A program made the position numbers and the translations under genes. Below the pieces are notes generated by a model. The model ran no database searches. It was given only the letters and a program-made list of their open reading frames with translations, and was not told the DNA's origin. DNA of 64,000 nucleotides from Convolutriloba macropyga. Taxonomy: Eukaryota. Position 1 is the stretch's first letter. The number at the start of each line of letters is the position of its first letter. Where the stretch lies: positions 50,096,001 to 50,160,000 of the forward strand of contig NC_134475.1 of assembly GCF_964194025.1 (NCBI RefSeq). Direction: 5' to 3'. Below, in pieces: positions 38,201-50,200 of the stretch.

Positions 38201-41200
38201 AAATTATTTGGTATCATTGGCGGAAAAAAAACAATTGAAAAAAGGTTGGAGTTAAAACTAGAATAAACTGCTTGGAAATGTCGCACGTGATGAAAAAAAA
38301 GTCCTCGCACTTAGCAAAACATTTTTTTACTTCTCTCTTATGACCAAAAACCACTTTAAAATTTCTCTCTGCTTTTGACTTTAGTAGAGCAAATTGACCT
38401 GAGCACTTGTTTTACGTACAGCATTTGACTTTGCATCCTGTGAAAAAAGTCACCGAATAAAAAGAGCTCCCCAATACAATCCAAAATCCACTGGATTGTA
38501 AAACAGGCGCACAATAAAAGCCGCGTGAGAAGATGGTGGTTTATAATAGTAAATATTTTGTTAGCTCGGTGAAAAGGGATCAATTCCAAACATTCAAAGA
38601 TGTAACCTTCATTTAGCTTGTATGGTACACTGCCATCCTCGCCTTTGTAAATGAAGAACGCATCCCAACAACCAGCTTCGACGTTCACTTCGAACACGTG
38701 AAAACTCTTCTGGACTCCAGTGACCTCTAGGTATCCCAACAGAACATCTGGGTACACCTCAAATACCCTCTCAACTGCAGCCGATAATTCCACATCGCCC
38801 AAATTGTGATCAGCATTGAATGCATAACCCACTTCAAACGGTTCATCGCTCATTTGTTCAATTTCTGGAAGACAGAGTTTTGTATAGTTCTTGCTGCGCA
38901 ACCAGTTCGCGTCTATTTCCGCATACCTATTTAAAGCAACCAATCGCTCGGTGACACCTTTGACATTCTTCGTTTTTTCAAAAGGCGGCAAAGCTGAAAA
39001 CACATTAGGATTTAGAAGTTCCATCCGATTGTGGTTTCCGACTGTTTTTTGTCCACAAATGAAGTTATCAGCAGTGGCATCTGAGAGGAAGTAAAAGGCT
39101 CTAGAATGTTCACCGATCCGTACGCAATGTTCGTCTGCCATCCAAGGAATGTTAGATACGTTTTCACTGTGGATGCTCTTTCCACCTAAAACATATCAAC
39201 CTCATATAATTGCATTGCTTTGACAGTTAATTCATTCGATCTGATCACACATAAGTATAGTTAACAGAGCTGTCAAACTGCCAGAATTTCCGCTATTGAT
39301 CACAGCTTGTCATCATCACACATTGATATCATTTGCTACAAAACTAAGCCCAGTATTGATTTAAAAAAATTAGTACCAGCGCCAGTGAAGGTAATACGAC
39401 AGTAACTTCTTAGCAGCCCAGCTTTATCGGTTAACATATTTTGGCTCTGGACACCTATACTACAGATTGAGCTAATTAGTTTCACAAGTTTAAATACCTC
39501 AAAATTTTAACAGTAAGTGAGGTAAATCGGACACGAACATTGAGAGGCACAAAAATATAGCTAATAGATTGTCAGAGATTAACCACGACTGACCCCATGA
39601 TATCCATTACAATTGAAACAGGCAACACAAGTACATTACAACCAAAAATTCACAATATTCTAGGTGCTCGAGCGTTCTAATTTGTTGCCGAACTTGTTAG
39701 ATTAGATACTTATGTTAAAATTAGCATCTAAACTACAGAAATTAACATAAAACCAAACATAGCCGCATTGCCGGAAAAAAACCACCACTGTCCACATTGA
39801 TGTCCATTGGGATCGAAAATAGAAGACTAAAATATTCTAATTGACAGACATGCTAATTTTCAAGCGTCAAAAGTGGTCTAATGGGGTGTGCAATCTTGGT
39901 TAGATTAGATGATACTGCTGAATGCAACTGTACCCTTAAGACTGTTTTAACACCAATACCAATTAACATTCGCTCTAATTAACTCCCATTAGCTAATGCA
40001 CTCTGAGGTAATCACCGGTCTTCGTTGTTCATCAATCTTTTGTTATTTTAACCTTAGAGATAATAAATACTTTGTGTCGATATTCACTATGGCTGGTTTA
40101 AAAAATTTAACGCGCGATTCGAACAGTCGTCGTCGCCAAAAACTTCCCTTCGCAATAACTAGCTTGTATATGCTAAGATAACCAGTCAAAACCCAAAAAT
40201 ATATATCTTAATTAAATCGTGGAACTATACAGAAATAAGCAAAACTAAAAGTAAGCTGATAAAGCAGAAAATTTTACTTACTTTCCGCATATGCTACAGG
40301 TAGCTATAAAAAAACAAGACTTTCTATCGACCAATTATGCAGTTACTTTCTATCTATCAACATATGCAGTTGTCCAAAAACATATCAAGAAGATATAAGC
40401 CCACAAGCCTCTTCACGGGTGATGAAAATAGGAAATGTGACAACCTGAAAAGGTGAACTTTTTCTAATTTATTTGTCATGACTCAAAAAGTAACTGCCAA
40501 TCGGACAACAACCAAATCAATTGGTATTTGGTAGCTACAATTATCTTCGAGCAAAATGATTTAATTCAATTCAAAATGAAAGAAAATGAAAAAGAAGCCA
40601 ACATCACCAAATCACCTGAAAATCAGCAAAACAGATAAAATAACCGAATTGGAGTAAAAAAATTATTACCTAATAACAGCGGAACGCCGGCAGAACAACC
40701 TTACTGGAATCTATAGTTCATTGAAAAATTTTAATCAACGAAAGAAAATTTTCGCTCCTTCAAAAAAAATCAGCGCATTAATTTTCGCTCTCCCAGACAG
40801 AAGTATAAATGGAATCACTCTTTCTTCGCACAGCAAATCCACGAAATGTGACCAACAGACAAACCACTCAAATTTTCTTCACGCGTTTCACTCCTTGTTT
40901 CAATTTCACTCCAAAACTGTTGATTAAAAAACCTCCCATACTCCTTTTCGAGCTATGAAAGTCGAGCGCCTGAAGATAGCCATTTGAGTAGCTGAGAGTG
41001 GCTCTTTAATGCAAATAGCATTTGCCTTAACAGACTCTGAGTACCTAATCTACTTAATAGCATAGATTTATCCCGTTAGTTTAACTTCGCTTTTTACCTC
41101 GATCGCAAATACTGTTATTTTCCACAGCTATTTTCAAACGGTGAAACGTTTCAACTGAGTTCAAACGGTGAGTGAAGCTAAACGCGGAATGGCACGAATT

Positions 41201-44200
41201 TTAAGAAAAAATTTAAGCGACAAATTAAAATCTTTTGAAGTAGCTGAGGTAGCTAGAACATTTTTAACGAATCACTTTACATATGGGCTATGGGGATGGC
41301 AAGGGTGGGCTGCAAGTTCTCGCTTAGTCACATTGTACATCTGGGATTCTAACCATTATACTTTGCGGTGACGTGCGAAAAATCCGAGCATTAGAAATAG
41401 AAAACAATAACGACATCGATCTAAATTGGAAAGTTTCCATTGTAACTTTCGATATATTTAGCCTTGGATTTCACCTTTAAACTTCCGCCAATTTGAGCTT
41501 CGAATTCTAGGCTTGGCATAAGATCAGACATCACAATTCATTCAAAAGAAAATAACGCAGTTAAAAACTTTAAAATTCAGAAGGATCTGAGGATCATTTT
41601 TGAAGATCGTTTTTTAAAAAGTTGCGAGACAATGAAAATTGAAGCTTTTGCACGGGAGCACGAAATCGCGCGCAATAAACATTTCGTCAAACTCCGATTA
41701 CTAGCTCTTGTAAAACATTATTTAAACAAAAAATACCTGGCATATTACCGGAAAATAACCGCCATTGATTCCCATAAACGCGATTGAGAAAAAACCGCAA
41801 ATGAATAAAAAAGACTATTGTAAAAAAAATTAAGCTCGAACTATTCTGAGTGTATCTCGTAGTTGCACATACTCCTGTATGATATTGAGAGGATACGAGG
41901 ACTAGTATCCACACTTTGTAGGGGCTAGTATAATAATTTGAGATGGTAACTAAGACAAAAAAACAAAGTAGCTGGCATCAAAATTGCGCTTTCTGGGTTT
42001 ATTGCGTTTCTATTTTCTTTTTCGCTAATGACTCTGTTGATTCTGGGTTGTTTTGCTGAGCATCTGCTGTTCAACTGCAGTCTGATCAGAATGAAAGAAG
42101 AGCCAGACTAGCCTAGAAAAGTTTAAAAAAAAATTGCAAGCAAATCGAACAGGTTGTTCACTATGGTAAAACTAAATAAATTTTTGTTCGACTACATAGC
42201 TCCAACTTCTAGCTAAACATACGAAAGTATTTACTTCATTATACAAATGAATTTGAAAAAAAAGCAAACGGAGGAAACATCTGAAGGGAAAAGCAACAGT
42301 GTTATCACTTTCTTGAAAATTTTTCTAAGTTCCGACTCCAAAACCATTTTTATAACAGGCACTCTAATATGTTTAGTTCATGTTCGATAAAAGACTCCAT
42401 ATCGTTAAAATAAAGCGTAACAAACGATAAATATCGAAAAACAAGAAAGACTGAGCAAAATGAAAATTAAAGAATCAAAAAAATCTCAACCTTCTTATGA
42501 CATTCTCTAAAAATTACAAAATGTCAACAATTATTCTTAACAAACCTTAAGAGAGTTTCCGGTTGTTCATCGAGCACAAATAGACAACCAAGCGCACTGG
42601 AAAACACCTAAAACATGAGCTAAAGACGAAAAATACAAAGAAGCTCAGCATTGGTATATTTATTACATGAAAATCAGGCCTATTAAATCTAATTTGTAGC
42701 TTATTAACAATTCCTCTGAGAACACATAACCCAATAACGTCTGAAGAATTTCACTCAAACGAGTAGCGTGAGCTCAAATCTATTGCCTGCTTCAGTTGGT
42801 GGAGGGTAACCAACCTCACTAAGGGGGCTTCAAATGACGTCAAAACAATAAAACAATAAAAGACATAACAATAAAAGACATACCCGGCAGATTGCCGGAA
42901 AATTGTCGCCGTTGATTCCAATAAGCATGATTGGGATTGAAAGAATAGAAGATATTGAAAAAAAATTTTTGTACAAAAACATTTTTTAAGTCCGATTTAT
43001 TTAGGTGGCATATCGTCGTTGAACATACTTCTGTTTCTTAGAGAGAAGCTACAGGGGCTACTATCAATACCAATAAGCAAAAGAGATGGTAACTAAGACT
43101 TATAGGAACAACGTTCAAATAGCGGGCATCTAAAATTGGGCTTTATGGGTTTATCCCGTTTCCATTTCTGACTTCAAATTTTTATACTGACTCTGTTCAT
43201 TTGTTCATTTTGAATTGCTTTGCTGAGCAACTGATGTTGAAAATCACTTTTAGCAGAATGAGAGAAGAGAGAAACTAGCCTACAGAAGTCAAAAAGATTT
43301 CACGCAAAATGTTGAAAAAGCGGCAAAATGAGGTAAAGCGAAACATTTTTTGGTTCGACGAAGTAAAAAAACATAGCAGGACAAGTCCTGACGTACAATT
43401 CAAAGAATTTTTATTGACTTAACAAACAACTAGACCTAGAACTGACAATGGGTGAATGGGGAAAAAATCAGATGAAAAAAAACAAAAAAAAAACAGAAAA
43501 TCAATGACAAAATGCTGCTAAGTAAACAAAAAAACTACTAGTGATATGTAATTTTGATTCTAACAAAAAACTAGGTCCAGAATGAGCTGTGAATGGATTG
43601 GGAAAACTATTTAGAAAAAAATCCAATCCAAAAAATCGAAAAAAAACAGTAAAAATCAGAGTGAAATTGCCGCATGTGAACAAAAATCCACTCCCGGAAA
43701 CCGAATTTTTATTCAAACACCGTTTTCTCACTCTACTTTAAAATTAGAGCAAAAAAAATTCACGCCGCAAAACCACTCGCTTTTTCGCTCCATTTCCTGT
43801 TTCGGCGTGACCAAAATCACCACTCCAATTTGACTACAAAATCATGAAAATGTGTGAACAGATCTTAAAAAAAAGACAGCGCCCCAATACAAATCAAATT
43901 CTTTGAATTGTAAAAATTCTTTGAATTGTAAAAATAGAAGCGCTATAATAGCCGGCTGAGAAGATGAGGGCGGCTATTAACAATAACCAAAGAAAACGCT
44001 AAGTAAAAACTTTACTCGCTAAGCAAACATATTTTCATTTACTTTTCTCACTCTCTCTCGCTCTCTCTCTCTCGCTCGCTCTCGCTCTCGCTCTCTCTCT
44101 CAGTAACATGCGGTAGGATAAAAACCCTATTTTATCTGCTCTTCAATTCAAAGGGCGTCTGTTATTAATCAAGAATCTAATTCCACGATACCGGAGATAG

Positions 44201-47200
44201 AGAGACAACTGAACAACACAATTATAGGTACTGCGAGAAACGGTACTGCGAGCTAATGTATATTAAGTCGGTTACTCATGCAATGACGAGGAGTGAAATG
44301 GATGCAAAGTGCGTGATAGTAATGGGATAACGGTTGTGAAGACCTGGATTGCGTATGAAGTGGTAGTTGAAGACTGCGTCTCTCTTGTCCTCTTCCATCT
44401 CAAAGCGCATTCGGTGCCAGTCTACCCAGTCGAATATCATCCTGGATATCACAATGGAGGCAGAGTTGCAGAAGGAGGAGGCCACGTGGTCAGCTGACTG
44501 GTGTGCCTAATACACACAAGAGCAAATTCTACAGGTTCCATCTATGCCCAAAACACTTCCTGCAAGTATATAATAGTAACTCGCGACAAGAGTCCATTTT
44601 GCATACCTCATTATCTCACACATGCTTGAGAAGTCAGTTTTCATCAATTCTGATTGCCCAAAATGTAGTCAGTTCAGCAAAATTTTCTGACTTCGTAAAC
44701 TCCTTGTACTAACCTTGGGGATTGCTTCGAAGGAGTGATGTCTTGTGAAAGTGGAGTTCATGTTTGGCAGCCGTGTCAAGTGGCCTGGAACTGTGAAATC
44801 TCTTCTCCCAGCGGCGAAAGACACCAGAAATCTAAGCACATCAAACATGGCTAACTATTGTCTCACGCAATACTTTTCAAGGAGAGTGTAATCTGGATTA
44901 ATAACTTTTGCCTCCCCCGAAAATAAGGCGTGTCATTTAATTTAATTTACTCTTGATACAAGGAAAATAGGAAACTGTGTGTCATTATTACCCACTTAAA
45001 AGATTGTCTTGCTGATCATTAAAGTGCAACAGAAATCGTAAACAAGTACCTTTAAATTGTAAACTGTCGCTATTTATATCAAAAGTTTGACTTCAAATTA
45101 TGAACGAAAAAGGATCAACGTGCATATTAACGTCTGAATATCTTAAAAGATATTCAGTGCTCCACAAACATCAGAAACGTAATAGGGCACATTTTAACAG
45201 TCGCGGATGGAGCCAAAGAATTCCATTGGGGTAAATTTTTACAAAAAATAGAGCCTTTTGACAAGGCGTCAAAAACATCGATTCCAGCTCGCTATTCTCG
45301 TGGCATAGGATAACTTCTTGGCTCACAATCGACCAGTTAGCTGAGTACTAATGCCAATAAGAATTTCATCTAACCAGATCATACAATAAACATCATGACA
45401 CAGAGTCATCACAAAGTAAAAACTAGGCGTCTGTGGTTATCACGCTAAGAGGATGTCCTCTGTGCTATTGGAACACCTGATAATCTTGGAACTCACGCAG
45501 TTGCTTGCCATGGAAGAGGAGATGCAACTGCAACACGACAAAATCCGTGACCCTAGGGTCTCTCTTTGATTAACCCCCAATAATTGAAAAAGATGAATCT
45601 TATACCCGTGAGCACTTCATGCGCAAAACATATTTATTGTTCCGTCATGTTAAGCTGGAGAACCAGCCATTTTCAACGTGATTGCCACTTTAAGCTTACG
45701 ATCACACTTAGTTTTAAATGCGGATGTGAAGACTGGCTAAGAGTTTGGCGCAGTTTAGGACAGGAAATCTGGTGTAGAAAGCAATAGTTTTCTAATTTTA
45801 GAGGACAGCCTATTAAGGCAGAGATAGACTATAAATTCCTGACTTTAGAGAGTAGAAGTGTCTCGCATCAGATGGTTTTGTTTTTTACCTCACTGACAAT
45901 CAACCCGACCACTGTCAATTTTCTTGCCTGAGAAGAATTAACTTTACTTCGGATAGGTTATTCAATTCGATAATTTAGAGGTTCTATGTTTATAACTCAA
46001 AAGCGAAATTAATTTGCTTGGGTCTTACTGAGGAGCAAAGTTGTCGGAAATAGCACAGAAACAGCCAAGAAATCAACAAAGCATGCATTGTACTGTTTTC
46101 TCGGTGAACAGACAAAATAGTCCGAAGAAAACAAAACAGTCCCAGAAAAAACAGTCCCCGTCAAAGTGGTCGTTATAGAGATCAAAAAGAAAGTGCAGCT
46201 TTGATCTTGAAAGAAAGCTTTGAAGTCGGAAACTCAAAATCATTGTGCCGTAGTTGTTAGTGCTCTGGGCGCACATTCGAAGGTCGGTGGTTCGAGCCCG
46301 ATTGGAAAATTTTTTCGCAAAAATTGAGGGTAAATCACATCGGAAACTGGGAAAAGTTGGGAGAAGTCTTAATAACCGGAGAACCCGGCCATGGCTTGTC
46401 GTGAGAGAAGGGAAAGTGAAAAACTAGTTCATTATCGATATTTTGCAATAATCAGATCACTCCTAGCGTTATTTTTAAACTCAAAAATTTTTTGTAGAAA
46501 AAGAATGATGTGAATTACAGAAAACAAAGAACCACAATAAAAAAACAACAACTGTTAGAGTTTGACAACAAGTTTCTCCACCGGATAACACGAGTCTGAT
46601 TCCCTGCTATTAATTCTAAGTTTTTTGTAGGTCTTTGAATTTCTCAATCAGTTTGGGTATCGATGGATGTTTTGTATTAACCAATTTCAAAAAGTTACAG
46701 TTCCAGTTGTTTGTTCTGGGATAGCCCTTCTTAATGCGCTTGCAGAAGTTCCAACGTTCAATTGCAAATTGGATTCTCGTCAGCCATGGCTGCTCTGTCT
46801 TTCAACGCCGAGCGGAATTTCCTCTTTTCAATATTTGTTGGATCCGGTAAATGGCTATGAACTGTGATAACTTCAATTTGTTCTTTGCGTAGCCTGAATC
46901 ATCCATTGCAATTTGTAATTCAGCAGCGCCAAGAAGATGCGCCATCTGTAAGTTGTCGGGGCCAAATACAGCCATATCTTACAAAAACAAGCAATTCCGA
47001 TTTTTTGTCTGAAAGAATTCCATATTAACAATTTGCGTCAAAATTATGACGTCAACTAATCAAACGAAACTCATGTACAACCATTAACAGTCAAGTTTAT
47101 TACAATGGCAGTTTCAAGAGTTTGTGAGTTTAAGTTTGCATTTGGGTCATTGGCTCTAAACTGTGCCGTTTTTGGGGTAAGAAGCCATTTTGAACACCGT

Positions 47201-50200
47201 GGAGGGTGTTTACTGGATCGTGGCGACTGTGACGCGTGGGTAGATCGACCTCTCGCTATGATTTTCATTTCGTTGAATGTATTGTGCCGTGTTTTTGGGG
47301 TACGAAGCCATTTTGAACACCGTGGAGGGTATTTACTGGATCGTGACGACTGTGGCGCGTAGGTAGATCGACCTCTCGCTATGATTTTCATTTCGTTGAA
47401 TAATGTATTGTGCCGTGTTTTTGGGGTACGAAGCCATTTTGAACACCGTGGAGGGTGTTTACTGGATCGTGGCGACTGTGACGCGTGGGTAGATCGACCT
47501 CTCGCTATGATTTTCATTTCGTTGAATGTATTGTGCCGTGTTTTTGGGGTACGAAGCCATTTTGAACACCGTGGAGGGTATTTACTGGATCGTGACGACT
47601 GTGGCGCGTGGGTAGATCGACCTCTCGCTATGATTTTGATTTCGTTTAATGATGTATTGCGCAAATATGCAGACGTTTCGGTTGGAATAATGCTCTAAAC
47701 TGTGCCGTGTTTTTGGGGTACGAAGCCATTTTGAACACTGTGGAGGGTGTTTATTGGATAGTGACGACTGGGGCGCGTGGGTAGATCGACCTCTCGCTAT
47801 GATTTTCATTTCATCATATGATGTACTGCGCAAATATGCACACGTTTCGGTTGGAATAACGCTGTTTCGATAGTTTTTGTCCATTTTTCGTGGCTTATGA
47901 ATGTCTAACGTTTTGAATTGAATTTTTTGTACTTACTTGAGAAACTCTAAAATCATTGATTCAGAAATCGTCAGTTTCGCCTTCTTTCGTATTTGATACA
48001 TGTGCTGAGTCTTCACGCCTGAGGACAATAAAATGTCTGTGCGCAACACTCCTGAGAGTCCCCAAAAGAAGTTTTATCACGCATGATTCAGAGATTCTTC
48101 TCGAGAGTTTCAGTGACGGAGCCGAAGATCCCCCGACGATTGTTCGCAAGAAACTCCCTCTATATGAGTGTTTGATACCGGATGCTCTGGTGGAGGCTAA
48201 CAGAGCTTGGAAACGTCAGAAGCGTATTTTATAGCCTAGGAAATGGCGGGCAACCTCTGATTCGAAAAGATCGAAGACTCTTCCTGACCCTAGGTTTGAT
48301 CCTGACTTTGATCAAAAGGATTGGGTCCTAGTTGACCCTAGGTTTGATCCTGACTTTGATCAAAAGGATTGGGTCCTAGTTGGTGGTCACTGATTCTTAA
48401 ATCAGTATAAAGAAAAAAATAGATAGCTTGAACCAGAACGTCCAAGGCTCTTTTGCGATTGTTCTTTGGAAATTGACTATTCTTTTCTAGAAGATGAAAA
48501 ATTGATTCAATTTTGTTCTTTTGAGCTCGCTTGATGTATTTTTGTGCCAATCGGACCTGAAGTTAACTTCTGTTAGAAGGTTGAGAGAGAGAACAACTCA
48601 ATTTAAATTGTGCATAAGATAAGCTTGACATAGCTTGAAAAGAAGCTCTACTTGTTCAACGTAAACTTGGCTAGAGAAAGGAAGCCTTGAGGAAAAAGAA
48701 AGAACATGAGAACGGGTTATAAGAGATGCCCAAGTTCGAGAACTTAAGACCAGTTGGTGTAAATGAGTAGCACACTAGGCTTGCAAGTAAGAGATGCTGT
48801 TTCGAATCCAGTACTGGTCCATTTTCACAGTAGTTGCACCTGCGTAGACCCCCTAACAGGTTATGGGCCCAGACCGTAGTCTCTGAGCTTAACCGCAAAT
48901 GAGAGACAAGATAGTTAGAAACTGTGAAAGAGAGGATGCGCAATTTGAGGGGGAGTGTTAGAAGGTTGAGAGAGAACAACCTAATGTAAATTGTGCATAA
49001 GATAAGCTTGACATAGCTTGACAAGAAGCTCTACTTGTTCAACGTAAACTTGGCTAGAGAAAGGAAGCCTTGAGGAACAAGAAAGAACATGAGAACGGGT
49101 TATAAGAGCTGCCCAAGTTCGAGAGCTTAAGACCAGTTGGTGTAAATAAGTAGCACACTAGGCTTGCAAGTAAGAGATGCTGGTTCGAGATGGTCAGTAC
49201 TGGTCCATTTTCACAGTAGTTGCATCTGCGTAGACCCACTAACATCTTCTGCTGGGCGTGTTAGATACTTCGTGTGTATTTTGCATGTTATACCATCGAG
49301 GTGTCCTTAAAAACATTCTCAGTGCTCTGGTTTATGTTTCTTCCGTGTTAGAGATGATTGTATGCGATTGGTTGAGCCAGCAAGCGTTTGCATATAGAAA
49401 TAACGGCCGGAACTTGTACAGCACATTTAAACTTTCTTGTTCAACATTCAGGTTGCTTAAACGCCACGGCTGGAAGATTCTCTAGTTTTCTATGATTATT
49501 ATGACTTGACAATGTTCATCCCAGTTGAGGTGTAGCATCATTATCATTCCTAAGTACTTGATAGTTTTGGTTTCTTCAATTTGTTTTCCGCTGACAAAGG
49601 TTTAGGCTTGTTTGTCTTTTCGAACGGTTTCTGAACAGCACGTACTTGGTTTTGGCAGGGTTTAGAATGATTTTAAGACAATCGCACCCATTTATGAGTT
49701 TATCAGGTGATGTCTCGAGTTTGCTCTGTAATACCTGACTCGACCTTGACCTGTAATATAGAACGAAGTCATCTGCAGACTGATAAATTCAGCTGAAGTA
49801 TCTGGAATGCTTAACGCAAAGTGAAAACAATATGGGCACCACGACGCTACCCTGGTGGACACCAGCTTCTAGTGAGGTTTTCCTGCTTCTTGTGTTCTTG
49901 ATTTTATTGTAAACGCTTCTTTGTGAGAGTAAGGAATTTTCCCATTTAATGATACTCATCTGTATTCCGATTTTTAATTAAGTTTGTCAATCATTCGTAC
50001 TCTCCAGACCACATCAAAAGCTTTCTCTATATCGAGGCAAACAATCCCCACCATTTCTAACCATTGGTAAGCTTCACTTACATGCTGAGTCAATACAAGA
50101 TTATCAGTTGTGCATCTGTTGGTTCTGTATGCACTTTGTTGTGCTCCAAAGATTTTGGTTGCTTCACAGTGGCCTAGGATGAGATCTTTAACAAGAGTTT

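Noticed and set aside
40275-40445. Candidate missing PGAP1 exon (TTTTCAG acceptor, GTAAGT donor)
   Set aside because: All frames hit stops and it lies within a repeat; the printed block at 40381 also appears to have 11 characters, so the frame is unreliable.
46243-46305. Functional tRNA gene
   Set aside because: The B-box is good but acceptor and anticodon stems do not pair; treated as SINE-like.
47071-47860. CRISPR-like array or 197-aa repeat protein
   Set aside because: Units are contiguous with no unique spacers and there are no cas genes; the ORFs on both strands arise from stop-free units with lengths mostly divisible by 3.
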